Shown: positions 1-8,867 of the stretch, in pieces
Layout of the letters: each line of letters starts with the position of its first letter
How positions within the stretch are numbered: position 1 is the first letter of the stretch
Assembly (NCBI GenBank): GCA_021784875.1
Contig: JAJYHF010000035.1
Coordinates: 1 to 38,417, forward strand
Length of the DNA stretch: 38,417 nucleotides
Direction of reading: 5' to 3'
From: a bacterium
GTDB taxonomy: Bacteria; Patescibacteriota; Minisyncoccia; Phycocordibacterales; Phycocordibacteraceae
The notes under the pieces: model-generated
Databases searched by the model: none
Seen by the model: the letters and a program-made list of their open reading frames with translations, nothing else
Told to the model about the DNA's origin: nothing
Made by a program: the position numbers and the translations under genes

Positions 1-9
1 AACTTCGCT

Positions 10-50
10 GGAGCAACTTTGCCGAAGCAACTTTACTGAAGCAACGAGCG
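10..50. repeat. three imperfect tandem units with 14-nt period, at the window edge and possibly truncated
   Basis: GCAACTTT at 13-20 and 27-34, GCAAC at 41-45. A period of 14 is not a multiple of 3, so this is not codon periodicity. Confidence 0.3.
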
Positions 51-90
51 CAGCCTCTGATTGCAAGGATAAACCTATAAAGGACACTGT

Positions 91-120
91 AAAGGACAGC
101 CCTGTGGATAACTGTCCTTT
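91..120 (-). terminator. stem-loop overlapping the xth stop codon; the loop carries a perfect DnaA-box 9-mer
   Basis: AAAGGACAG (91-99) pairs with CTGTCCTTT (112-120) around a 12-nt loop. The minus-strand loop contains TTATCCACA (103-111). There is no long U-run beyond the UUU of the stem. Confidence 0.35.
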
Positions 121-883
121 ACCTGAGCGTTATAGAAACAGGGCAGTGGTCGGAGCCGTAGATGTCGCCGTGGATTTCGGCTGCATGGACACGCTTCAGG
201 AGCTCGGAAGCAACGAAGAAATAATCGAGGCGCCAGCCGATGTTGCGATCGCGCGCGTGGAAGCGTTGGTCCCAGAAGCTGTAAGCAACTGCACGGGGGT
301 GGAAATGACGGAAAGTGTCGACATAGCCGGCGCCGACGACCTCGTCGATCCAAGCGCGTTCTTCGGGCAGGAAGCCAGTGTCCTCCTCGTGCGCCTTGGG
401 TTGGGCAAGATCGATCCCCTCGTGAGCGGTGTTCACGTCGCCACAGAAGATGACCGGCTTCTGCTTCCGGAGCTTCTCGGCGAACGCAAGGAACGCGTCG
501 TAGAAGCGCATCTTGTAGTCGAGGCGGTGAGGGCCTTGTCCGCCATTGGGGAAGTAGGCATTCAAAAGCCAGAAATCCTCATATTCCGCACCAATGAAAC
601 GGCCTTCCCGATCGAATTCTTCAATCCCCATGCCGTAGATCACCTGTAGGGGCTCAATTTTCGAATAGAGTGCGACGCCGCTGTAGCCCTTCTTCACCTG
701 TGACGAGGCGAAAAAAGAGGAGAAGCCTGGCACCTCGCGCAATTCCTCAGGCAATTGCTCGGGAGTCGCCTTGGTCTCCTGAAGGCAGAAGATGTCCGGC
801 TTCACGCCGTGCAGGAACTTAGCCCAATAATCGTCCTTCACAAGCGAGCGCAGGCCGTTGACGTTCCACGAGACGAGCTCCAT
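119..883 (-). CDS. xth: exodeoxyribonuclease III (ExoIII/APE1 EEP family)
   Basis: 254-aa ORF. MELVSWNVNGLRS..., CLQETK, FCGDVNTAH and SDHCPVSITL match the ExoIII motif order. Confidence 0.9.
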   Translation of the reverse strand: MELVSWNVNGLRSLVKDDYWAKFLHGVKPDIFCLQETKATPEQLPEELREVPGFSSFFASSQVKKGYSGVALYSKIEPLQVIYGMGIEEFDREGRFIGAEYEDFWLLNAYFPNGGQGPHRLDYKMRFYDAFLAFAEKLRKQKPVIFCGDVNTAHEGIDLAQPKAHEEDTGFLPEERAWIDEVVGAGYVDTFRHFHPRAVAYSFWDQRFHARDRNIGWRLDYFFVASELLKRVHAAEIHGDIYGSDHCPVSITLR

Positions 884-980
884 GCGGATATTCTAGCCCA
901 CCGATGCCACAATTGCGTTCTCTGGAGAGCAGAGTAGTGTTTACTGCGGATGAACAAAACGATGCTGAAAGGAGGAGAAC

Positions 981-1448
981 ATGCAGATACGCTACGGAGC
1001 TACCCGCCTGGTTCTCCTCGTGGGGGATCAGGCCATCAAGATCGGAAGGATACGGTTATGGAAGCTTTTAGGCCGGGTGGTTATTCTTCCTTTCTCAAAG
1101 AAAAGCCGAGGGCACTTTCTAAAGAAATACGGACCGGGGTTCTGGCATGCTGTATGGCACAGCCTGTTCATCGGACTGTACGCAAACCGGCTTGAGTAGG
1201 CGTATTGGACGGAAACGCAAGATCCCCGAATCATGCCGGTAATCGCATGCAAACTGTCCGGCTGGGTCACTATCCAGACACGCGGGTTCTCCGTCTCGGA
1301 AGAGGAAATTGAGCGTTTCTTTATTGAGGCACACAACAAGGAACTGGAGTTGCGCCCGAAACAGTTCTGCAAGCATCCAGACGGGCGAACCGTATTAATT
1401 GATTATGGCCGGCCAGAGACGGTCGCCTTTCTGAAAGCTACGAAATAA
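981..1448 (+). pseudogene. single reading frame interrupted by one in-frame TAG (1197-1199); unknown function with weak protein-kinase-like motif order
   Basis: Track ORFs 981..1199 and 1233..1448 share a frame and are separated only by TAG plus 11 sense codons. A strong SD (AAAGGAGGAGAAC) precedes the ATG at 981. Motifs AIKIGR, ANRLE and LIDYG appear in kinase-like order. Confidence 0.45.
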
Positions 1449-1474
1449 GAGCGGCGCGGCGCTCTTTCTCTTTT
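1448..1474 (+). terminator. hairpin plus T-rich tail after the 981-1448 ORF
   Basis: AGAGCG (1448-1453) pairs with CGCTCT (1460-1465), followed by TTCTCTTTT. Confidence 0.45.
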
Positions 1475-1478
1475 AGCG

Positions 1479-2378
1479 TCAGGTTTCGCGGTTTGAGTGG
1501 TACTTCTTATGCACCTCACGCAGGTGGGCGTCGGTAATGTGGGTGTAGATCTGGGTCGTGTTGATTGAGGCATGGCCGAGAAGCTGCTGGACGGAGCGGA
1601 TGTCGGCGCCGTTGTTGAGGAGGTCGGTGGCGAAGGCGTGGCGCAGAACGTGCGGCGTGAGCTTCTTCGTTATGCCCGCTTTTGCAGCGTAATGCTTCAA
1701 GATCCGTTGGACGGAGCGGGGCGTGAGACGGGTCGGCATTTCCTTACCGATCGGGATGTTGACGAAGAGCGCTTCGCTCATGTCCTTACGCGCCTTGAGA
1801 TAACGGGCGACAGCCTCCTTGGCGGCAGCGGAGAGGAAGACGACGCGCACCTTCTCGCCCTTACCGCGGATAGGGAAGGAGTCCTGCGAGAGGTCGAGGT
1901 CGCTGTCGAGCGAGCAGAGCTCAGAGACGCGCAGGCCGGTCGAGAAGAAAAGCTCGAGAATCGCCTTGTCGCGTAGCTGGCGCAATTCTTCGCCATTTGC
2001 TGATGCGAGGAGCCGGTCGAGCTCGGCAGGGGAGATGAGGTCGAGCTGGCGCTCGGGGAGTTTCGCGAGCTCGATCTTCTCGGGGGAGAGGGCCTCGATA
2101 TCGCGCTTCCGCAGAAACTTGAGAAACGCGCGGAGGGCGATCATGTAGTAGTTCTGGGTGCGACGCTTCATCGAGCCGCTCCCGGCTCCTGGCTGTCGGT
2201 TAAGCCAGAGGCGAAACTCGCGAACGTTCTGTTCGCTGATGTCGCTCGTCTTCTTGATTCCCATCTGTTCGAAATAACGGGAGAGGTAATGGTCGTAGTT
2301 CTCGACCGTCTTCACCGCGCGCCCGCGCTCGATCTCGATGTATTCCAAGAATTGGCGCTTCGCCGCTTCTGCGTCCAT
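1479..2378 (-). CDS. xerC: tyrosine site-specific recombinase, XerC/XerD family
   Basis: 299 aa. N-terminal SAM-like domain (FLEYIEIERGRAVKTVENY). C-terminal catalytic region has LTPHVLRHAFAT ... GHASINTTQIYTHI (R..HxxR..H..Y). Confidence 0.85.
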   Translation of the reverse strand: MDAEAAKRQFLEYIEIERGRAVKTVENYDHYLSRYFEQMGIKKTSDISEQNVREFRLWLNRQPGAGSGSMKRRTQNYYMIALRAFLKFLRKRDIEALSPEKIELAKLPERQLDLISPAELDRLLASANGEELRQLRDKAILELFFSTGLRVSELCSLDSDLDLSQDSFPIRGKGEKVRVVFLSAAAKEAVARYLKARKDMSEALFVNIPIGKEMPTRLTPRSVQRILKHYAAKAGITKKLTPHVLRHAFATDLLNNGADIRSVQQLLGHASINTTQIYTHITDAHLREVHKKYHSNRET

Positions 2379-2512
2379 GCGTCCATGGTAGCACCGATAT
2401 TGTGCGACATAAGAAAGCCCTCACCTTCAAAGCACGAGGAAGTGCATATTGCAAACCAGGAGTCTTCTTGTGCTAGACTGATGATAATTTAATCCTATTA
2501 AATAAATTGCTT

Positions 2513-3169
2513 ATGAGCGAAAAGATGCCGAGCTCGTCCGAATTGGAAAAGATTCAGAAAGAAAATCTCACCAATGAGCAACAAAAAGAAACCCGCATAC
2601 GGGAAGAAGCTTATTTGGCCGGCATCGAAGTAAAAGATCGACAGAGTAATGAAGCAGAAAAGAAGGTTGAGACTATTGAACAGTCGATTCGAAAGTGGCA
2701 TCAACCCGCGTCTGAAGTCATAGAAGACGGAGCGAGGAAGATGGGCTCGAAAGTTGTCGAACAAAATAGGCAGAAGATTGAAACCGTGCTCAAAGAACTT
2801 TCTGGCCGCGATTATATAGACCATGAACGTTTTGAAAGATTTATAGACACATTCGGGTACGTTATGAAGCATGATTTAGAAGCTATGTTTAAGTGGGGCT
2901 ATTTATCTCATGGAGATGGTGACGCGAAAGATCTCCTGGACAGCTTCTGGCAGGCAGTAGATGACTCCGAATATGAAAGAAACCGCTACAAAATGAGGGA
3001 GTTGTACGATTCCCTTCTTAAGGAAGGGACTGAGATGATGCAGGAAAAAATGAAAGAAATCCTCGCTTCTTTTCAGGATGTCGAGGAGCTAGAAGGAGCT
3101 GTTTCTAGAGGTGGCAACCGTTATATTATGCGTGACGAGTTGGAAAGTCTTAAGGCGAGATTGAGATAA
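2513..3169 (+). CDS. hypothetical charged/coiled-coil protein in a lower-GC segment
   Basis: Long ORF with ATG at 2513 (the track starts at TTG 2507). Highly E/K/Q-rich. No family recognised. GC is about 45 % by eye. Confidence 0.55.
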   Translation: MSEKMPSSSELEKIQKENLTNEQQKETRIREEAYLAGIEVKDRQSNEAEKKVETIEQSIRKWHQPASEVIEDGARKMGSKVVEQNRQKIETVLKELSGRDYIDHERFERFIDTFGYVMKHDLEAMFKWGYLSHGDGDAKDLLDSFWQAVDDSEYERNRYKMRELYDSLLKEGTEMMQEKMKEILASFQDVEELEGAVSRGGNRYIMRDELESLKARLR

Positions 3170-3203
3170 TCGCAACCTACTTTTCGCGTCCACGGCGCAA
3201 TAC

Positions 3204-3232
3204 TTGCGTAAAATAGCAAGGCGTGGTAGGGT
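3204..3232 (+). promoter_or_regulatory. possible sigma70-like promoter of rpsO
   Basis: TTGCGT (3204-3209), 17-nt spacer, TAGGGT (3227-3232). The ATG at 3243 lies only 10 nt after the -10 element. Confidence 0.3.
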
Positions 3233-3242
3233 AGGAACATCC

Positions 3243-3509
3243 ATGCTTACCACGAAGAAAAAGGCGGCAGTCATCAAGGGTGCCGCGATTCATGACACGG
3301 ACACCGGCTCGGCCGATGTACAGATCGCGCTCCTTTCGAAGCAGATCGACGAACTGGCCAAACACCTCAAGAAGAACCCCAAAGATGTCCATTCTCGCCG
3401 GGGACTCCTCCAGATGGTCGCCGATCGTCGCGCCCACCTGCGCTACCTCGAGACTTCTGACAAGCGCCGCTACAACGCGCTCGTGAAGAAACTCGGGCTT
3501 AAGAAATAA
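3243..3509 (+). CDS. rpsO: 30S ribosomal protein S15
   Basis: 88 aa from the internal ATG. GSADVQIALLSKQIDELAKHLKKNPKDVHSRRGLLQMVADRRAHLRYL is the S15 signature region. Confidence 0.92.
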   Translation: MLTTKKKAAVIKGAAIHDTDTGSADVQIALLSKQIDELAKHLKKNPKDVHSRRGLLQMVADRRAHLRYLETSDKRRYNALVKKLGLKK

Positions 3510-3538
3510 ATATCTTCTCAGGGTGGTAATATGGGGAA

Positions 3539-3556
3539 GCGGCCGAGCCGCATTTT
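3539..3556 (+). terminator. short GC hairpin plus T-run after rpsO
   Basis: GCGGC-CGA-GCCGC followed by ATTTT. Confidence 0.35.
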
Positions 3557-3588
3557 AGTAATCTTGTTTTCATAAGCTTTCATTTTTT

Positions 3589-4098
3589 ATGGCAGTCATC
3601 AAACATCCGGCGCAGCGCGTTGGCGTATTCATCGACACGCAGAATCTCTACCACAGCGCCCGCCACCTCTATAAGGCGCGCGTCAACTTCAGCAAGATTC
3701 TCGAAGAAGCAGTAGGCGGGCGCGTACTCGTTCGCGCGATCGCTTACGTGATCTCGACGGAAAGCGGAGAAGAGAAGAATTTCTTCGAAGCGCTCACCAA
3801 GATGGGTATCGAGACGAAAGTGAAGGATCTCCAGATCTTCGCCGACGGAGCCAAGAAAGCCGACTGGGACGTGGGCATCGCCATCGACGCAGTGAAGCTC
3901 GCACCAAAGCTCGACACGGTCGTGCTCGCGACCGGCGATGGCGACTTCGTGCCGCTCATTCAATACCTAGATATCCATGGCGTTCAGACCGAGGTGATCT
4001 CCTTTGGACGTTCTTCTTCAGCGAAGCTCAAGGAGGCCGCACACGCTTTCACGGACATGGGCGAAGATCCGCGCAAGTTCACCATCGCCGCACGCTAG
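3589..4098 (+). CDS. NYN-domain (LabA/DUF88-like) protein
   Basis: VGVFIDTQNLYHSA ... VVLATGDGDFVPLIQYL are the typical NYN/LabA acidic motifs. Confidence 0.85.
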   Translation: MAVIKHPAQRVGVFIDTQNLYHSARHLYKARVNFSKILEEAVGGRVLVRAIAYVISTESGEEKNFFEALTKMGIETKVKDLQIFADGAKKADWDVGIAIDAVKLAPKLDTVVLATGDGDFVPLIQYLDIHGVQTEVISFGRSSSAKLKEAAHAFTDMGEDPRKFTIAAR

Positions 4099-4163
4099 CC
4101 ACGGGCAGGGCAGGGATAACGTGCTCGCACGGCACCGGGGATGCGTTACCATACGAAGGAGGT

Positions 4164-5285
4164 ATGGGAACCGACGCGAATGACACCGGCGACATGCCGC
4201 CAAAGAGGTACATCCGCACCTTCGCGGGCGACATGAAGACGCTGCAGGGCGGCAATGAGCCGGAACTGAAGCCGCTCACAACCGCCGAAGCGGAACCGAC
4301 TCCGACGGCGCCGGGTCCTTCCATCGGGCAGGCTCACCTCATGCCCCCTCCCGAGCCGATCATTCCGACGCAGCCGATACGGGAAGAAAAGCAGGTTCCG
4401 CTAGCGCCGCCTAAGCCGCCAGAGCCGCCCGCGTCCCCGATCGAGACGTACGCAGGCGACTTTTCCGACCATGTGAAAGAAACGGGGGCCACACCTACAA
4501 CCGTTCTCGCAGCAGAGCAGGATGCTCGCGTACCGAGTGCCCCGCAGCCAACCCCTGTCCCGAGCTCGTCCCGGAGCAGCATCTGGTACATCATTGGAGG
4601 AGCTATCCTGATTGTCATCGCCAGCGTCGCCGCGTTCCTCGCGTATGCCCGATACGCATCCTCAGTGCCGCAAACCATCATACTTGCGCCGAACCTGTCG
4701 GCGCCAATCGCCGTCGATGAGCGTGCGCAGGTCTCCGGTACTGGTGAAGCGCTTATGGGCGCAATCGCTCGATCAGTCGGAACGCCGATCAAGGCAGGAA
4801 CTGTGCGACTCCTCGCCGCGACCACGACGACCACAAGCATCTTTTCCTCTCTTGACCTGTCTGCGCCTGACATACTCACGCGCAACGTGAATGCTGCGGG
4901 CAGTATGGCAGGGATAGTCGTCGCCGATGGCGTACCGAGCCCGTTTTTCATCCTCTCTGTCGCATCGTACGGAGACACCTTTTCGGGCATGCTTTCTTGG
5001 GAACCGGATATGCTGAACGACCTGTCGCCTCTCTTCCCAGCGTATGCGACAACCGTCGCGAGCACTTCCGCAACATCTTCGACACCGACCATGACGGCAG
5101 GGTTCCGCGATGAAGTCATCGGCAATCATGACGCGCGTGTGTATCGCGATGCACAGGGCCGGAGCGTCATCCTTTATGGCTACTGGAACCAAGGGACGCT
5201 TATCCTCGCACGAGACCCGGCAGCGTTTTCTATACTGTTAGAGCGGCTCGCGGCCTCGGGCAATAGCGACAACAGCGGTTCATGA
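4164..5285 (+). CDS. hypothetical single-pass membrane protein with a Pro-rich N-terminal region
   Basis: 373-aa ORF with SD GAAGGAGG upstream. One hydrophobic helix ([23 protein letters not shown]). No family recognised. Confidence 0.7.
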   Translation: MGTDANDTGDMPPKRYIRTFAGDMKTLQGGNEPELKPLTTAEAEPTPTAPGPSIGQAHLMPPPEPIIPTQPIREEKQVPLAPPKPPEPPASPIETYAGDFSDHVKETGATPTTVLAAEQDARVPSAPQPTPVPSSSRSSIWYIIGGAILIVIASVAAFLAYARYASSVPQTIILAPNLSAPIAVDERAQVSGTGEALMGAIARSVGTPIKAGTVRLLAATTTTTSIFSSLDLSAPDILTRNVNAAGSMAGIVVADGVPSPFFILSVASYGDTFSGMLSWEPDMLNDLSPLFPAYATTVASTSATSSTPTMTAGFRDEVIGNHDARVYRDAQGRSVILYGYWNQGTLILARDPAAFSILLERLAASGNSDNSGS

Positions 5286-6871
5286 CCTCTTCTCCGTCAG
5301 AGGCTACGAAAGATAAGGCGCATTCTGCAGCCGCCGCAGCGCCGAAAACGCTCCCGCGACACGGCTACGCGAAGACGCTCGCCGCGCAACCGGTCGGATC
5401 GAACGCCGAACTGGTCGTCGTCGAAGCGGACCTCACGCGCGGTCTGCACAACTTCGCGGTCGTCGGTCTCGCGGACAAGGCGGTCGACGAAGCACGCGAC
5501 CGCGTCTCGGCCGCGATACGCCACAGCGGCTACAAGCCGCCCAAACAGCAGAACAAGCGCATCGTCCTCTCGCTCTCGCCGGCTGACCTGAAGAAAGAAG
5601 GCTCGCATTACGACCTCGCGCTCGCCGTCGCTTATCTCATCGCAGCGGGAGACCTCGAACCGCTCGAGGAAGAGGCGCTTTTCATCGGTGAGCTCGCGCT
5701 CGACGGGTCCCTACGGAGCGTTCGCGGCGTCCTGCCGCAGGTACTCGCGGCAAAACGAGCGGGCATTACGACCATCTTCATCCCGCCCGGCAACACGCGC
5801 GAGGCGCTTCTCGCCGAGAACGTGGCGATCCATGCGCCGAACTCGCTCGCAGAACTCCTCGCGCATCTGAAAGGGGAGAAGATCCTGCCGCGGCTCGTCC
5901 GCGACCGGAGCATGCCGACGCCGCCGGTTGCCCTCGATCTCGCTGATGTAAAAGGGCAGGAGAGCGCGAAACGTGCGCTCGAGATCGCGGCGGCCGGCCG
6001 GCACAACATCGTCTTCTACGGCCCGCCCGGAACCGGGAAAACGATGCTTGCCCGTGCACTCGCGAGTATCCTCCCACCACTCACGAGCGACGAAACGCTC
6101 GAGGTGACCGCGATCCATTCGACCGCCGGACTCCTCAAGGACGGCGAGGCGGTCTTCTGGCCGCCTTTCCGCGCGCCGCACCATAGCGTCTCGCATGTCG
6201 CAATCGTCGGCGGCGGCGCCTTCCCGAAGGCGGGGGAAGTGACGCTCGCGCACAAAGGCGTCCTCTTCCTCGATGAATTCGCCGAGTTCGACTCGCGAAC
6301 GCTCGAGGCGCTGCGCCAGCCGCTCGAGGACCGTGTCGTGACCGTCTCGCGCGCCCGGGCGACCGTCACCTTCCCGGCCGACTGTATGGTCGTCGCGGCG
6401 ATGAATCCGGCTGACACGCTTGCCGACGACGCTCGCGCCGCCCTGCGCGCCGCAGCCAAGCAGGCGCGCCGCATCAGCCGGCCGATCGTCGACCGGCTCG
6501 ACCTCTGGATCGAGGTGCCGCTCGTCCCGCATGAGACCTTGGCCAAGCTCGACAGGGGAGAATCGTCAGAGACGGTGCGCAAGCGCGTCGTCGCCGCCCG
6601 CACCCAAGCCGAAAAGCGGGTTGGCAGGAAAGGCGCAGCCAACGCCGCATTGACCGGCCGGCAACTCGATGAAGCAAGCGGCTTCACGCCCGCCGCGCGC
6701 GAGGCGCTCACCTCGGCGGCCGCGCGCCTCCGGCTCTCACCCCGCTCCTATCACCGCACCATGCGCGTCGCGCGCACCATCGCCGATCTCGCGAGCGCTG
6801 ATTCTGTCACCCCCGCTCACATCCACGAAGCCCTCCAATACCGCCCCCGCGGCCTCTTCGGGTTTGAATAA
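5282..6871 (+). CDS. comM: YifB/ComM family Mg-chelatase-like AAA+ ATPase
   Basis: Lon-like N-domain ([16 protein letters not shown]), Walker [14 protein letters not shown], Walker [13 protein letters not shown]-terminal [22 protein letters not shown] overlap with the upstream gene. Confidence 0.9.
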   Translation: MTSSPSEATKDKAHSAAAAAPKTLPRHGYAKTLAAQPVGSNAELVVVEADLTRGLHNFAVVGLADKAVDEARDRVSAAIRHSGYKPPKQQNKRIVLSLSPADLKKEGSHYDLALAVAYLIAAGDLEPLEEEALFIGELALDGSLRSVRGVLPQVLAAKRAGITTIFIPPGNTREALLAENVAIHAPNSLAELLAHLKGEKILPRLVRDRSMPTPPVALDLADVKGQESAKRALEIAAAGRHNIVFYGPPGTGKTMLARALASILPPLTSDETLEVTAIHSTAGLLKDGEAVFWPPFRAPHHSVSHVAIVGGGAFPKAGEVTLAHKGVLFLDEFAEFDSRTLEALRQPLEDRVVTVSRARATVTFPADCMVVAAMNPADTLADDARAALRAAAKQARRISRPIVDRLDLWIEVPLVPHETLAKLDRGESSETVRKRVVAARTQAEKRVGRKGAANAALTGRQLDEASGFTPAAREALTSAAARLRLSPRSYHRTMRVARTIADLASADSVTPAHIHEALQYRPRGLFGFE

Positions 6872-6907
6872 TTAGGAATTCCGTACGTTGAGTAGGGTAT
6901 ACTGGTA

Positions 6908-7351
6908 ATGATGGAATACCAGGTGCCGCAGTTCATCGAGGTCGAGAACAAGATCGTCGGTCCGCTGACGCTGTCGCAGTTCATCTATCTCGCGGGTGCG
7001 GCAGGAATCAGTGTCGTCTCGTTCCTCTATCTGCCGCTCATCGCCGCCATCATCATCTCCGCAGCGGCAGTCGGGCTCGCGGTCGCGCTCTCGTTCTATA
7101 AGATGAATGGGAAACCGTTCATAGAGATTCTCGAGGCCGGCTTCGGCTACTATACCGGCGCACGCTTCTTCCTCTGGAGGCATGAGGACGCCCCTGCGCC
7201 CAAAAAACAGCCACAACGAAAAACGCCGGCCATGGCGGCCGCCGAGGAGCCCAGGCGTGCGCCGGCGCTCACGCGGGGGAGGCTCTCCGAACTCGCCTGG
7301 TCGCTCGATGTCCAGAACGCGATTCCTGATTCACGGACCCCATCTCCCTAA
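6908..7351 (+). CDS. PrgI-family small membrane protein (T4SS-associated)
   Basis: YQVPQFIEVENKIVGPLTLSQFIYL followed by two hydrophobic helices, which is the PrgI-family pattern. Confidence 0.75.
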   Translation: MMEYQVPQFIEVENKIVGPLTLSQFIYLAGAAGISVVSFLYLPLIAAIIISAAAVGLAVALSFYKMNGKPFIEILEAGFGYYTGARFFLWRHEDAPAPKKQPQRKTPAMAAAEEPRRAPALTRGRLSELAWSLDVQNAIPDSRTPSP

Positions 7352-7354
7352 GGT

Positions 7355-7993
7355 ATGGCAGGACCCCGATCGACAGGCGCGTCGCAGCAGTTCGTTCCGG
7401 TCAAGGAGATCCGGAATGGAACCATCGTGCTCAAGGATGGTAGTTATCGTGGCGTCCTCCTCTGCTCATCGGTGAACTTCGAGCTCAAGTCGGCGGACGA
7501 GCAGCGCGCGATCATCCAAGGCTTCCAGAGCTTTCTCAACACGCTCGATTTCTCGATCCAGATCGTCGTGAACTCGCGCAAGATGGACCTGCGCCCCTAC
7601 CTCTCGCTCCTCGAGGCGAAGGAATCGGAACAGAAGACCGAGCTCCTGCGGATCCAGCTACGGGAATATATCTCGTTCATCCGCTCATTTGCTGACGAAG
7701 CGAACATCATGACGAAGTCGTTCTATATCGTCGTCCCGTATTCTTCCTCAGCGTCAGCCGCAAAGGTTTCCGGCTTCTTGCATCACAAGAGTGCCTCTGA
7801 GAAGGAGACGGTCGCGGAAACCTCGTTCGAAGAGGATCGCGCGCAGCTCGAACAACGGCTCGCGCTCGTCACGGGGAGTCTCGCCGGCACTGGCGTCCGT
7901 GCCGTCCCGCTCGACACTGAAGAAGCTATCGAGCTCCTCTATCGCTCCTTCAACCCGGGAGAACTTGAGAATCCTATAAGGCTAGATAGTTAG
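7355..7993 (+). CDS. protein resembling the N-terminal domain of Gram-positive-type VirB4/TraE/TcpF ATPases
   Basis: 212 aa. VPVKEIRNGTIVLKDGSYRGVLLCSSVNFELKSADEQRAIIQGFQSFLNTL matches the pattern I recall at VirB4-family N-termini. The ORF ends at the TAG that opens IR-L. Confidence 0.5.
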   Translation: MAGPRSTGASQQFVPVKEIRNGTIVLKDGSYRGVLLCSSVNFELKSADEQRAIIQGFQSFLNTLDFSIQIVVNSRKMDLRPYLSLLEAKESEQKTELLRIQLREYISFIRSFADEANIMTKSFYIVVPYSSSASAAKVSGFLHHKSASEKETVAETSFEEDRAQLEQRLALVTGSLAGTGVRAVPLDTEEAIELLYRSFNPGELENPIRLDS

Positions 7994-8014
7994 GCTCTAG
8001 GCACTAGGCTTTAG
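7991..8014. repeat. IR-L of the cassette
   Basis: TAGGCTCTAGGCACTAGGCTTTAG. It matches the reverse complement of 8857-8880 at 22/24 positions, with a 17-nt perfect core at 7998-8014. Confidence 0.85.
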
Positions 8015-8024
8015 CTCCCATTCC

Positions 8025-8492
8025 ATGAAAATATCATCTGACGAACTCACTTCCTTCTTGAACGCCGCGAATAAAGCGGGGTACGCCAATGCGGACGCAC
8101 CAAAAGCCACTTCGCTGCGGCCAGCATCGGAAGATTATCACTTTGAACAAGGCGAGTTTGTGTATCACGATACCTATTTCGGCGCACGAGATTTTATCGG
8201 GGAAGAAATCGTATATCAAGCTAATGAACCTGTTTGGGGAGCAAATTACTACGGATACATCCTAGACCCGAACATGCCAGCGAAACCGCTATACGACTTT
8301 CTCCGTTTCGCGCTTATGCAGGAAGCCGCAGGAATACTCCCGATTCGCGGCCCGAGAGAATTCTCCGAGGACGGTAGCTACTACACAAATAAGGTCGCCG
8401 GGACACTTGATCGATTCTCTGGCGAGGAGCGCATCCTTATCGACAACAAGCTTGTATATCGTTGCTGGTACCATGGCGGTGCAATCACCTGA
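8025..8492 (+). CDS. DUF5680-family protein
   Basis: 155 aa. FLNAANKAGYAN ... YHDTYFGARDFIGEEIVY..EPVWGANYYG ... LVYRCWYHGG matches my recollection of DUF5680. Confidence 0.7.
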   Translation: MKISSDELTSFLNAANKAGYANADAPKATSLRPASEDYHFEQGEFVYHDTYFGARDFIGEEIVYQANEPVWGANYYGYILDPNMPAKPLYDFLRFALMQEAAGILPIRGPREFSEDGSYYTNKVAGTLDRFSGEERILIDNKLVYRCWYHGGAIT

Positions 8493-8495
8493 CGT

Positions 8496-8867
8496 ATGCA
8501 AACCTACCGCGACCTTGTCGTATGGCAGAAATCGATGGAACTAGCGACTGCGGTATATACATTGACAGCGTGTTTCCCGCAGGAGGAGCGTTTTGGTCTC
8601 GTATCCCAGATGCAACGGGCGGCTGTTTCGATTCCTTCAAATATCGCTGAGGGGAAATTGCGTGGTTCTGCAAATGAATGGGGGCATTTTCTTCGAATCG
8701 CATTCGGTTCCGGTGGGGAACTTGAAACCCAAGTTGAGATTGCGAAACGGCTCCCGAAAACAAGTTCGCTCGAGTATGCGCACATCGACACGCTCTTGAA
8801 CGAAGTTATGCGCATGTTGAATGTTATGATTTCTAGACCACGGGCTTCGCTAGTGCCTAAAGCCTAG
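8496..8867 (+). CDS. four-helix-bundle protein of the 23S rRNA intervening-sequence protein / DGR Avd family
   Basis: YRDLVVWQKSMELATAVY...FPQEERFGLVSQMQRAAVSIPSNIAEG...GSGGELETQ is the hallmark motif series. It lies 3 nt after the DUF5680 gene. Confidence 0.85.
   Translation: MQTYRDLVVWQKSMELATAVYTLTACFPQEERFGLVSQMQRAAVSIPSNIAEGKLRGSANEWGHFLRIAFGSGGELETQVEIAKRLPKTSSLEYAHIDTLLNEVMRMLNVMISRPRASLVPKA

Noticed and set aside
981-1448. Amber (TAG) codon reassignment or an alternative genetic code.
   Set aside because: TAG terminates several well-defined genes in this window at the expected protein ends (rpsT, polA, dnaN, the four-helix-bundle gene). TGA and TAA are also used as stops. A single interrupted accessory ORF is better explained as a nonsense mutation.
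8025-8867. Diversity-generating retroelement, because the four-helix-bundle protein is Avd-like.
   Set aside because: No reverse transcriptase gene lies anywhere in the window. I could find no template/variable repeat pair. The DUF5680 C-terminus lacks an AAY-rich variable region.
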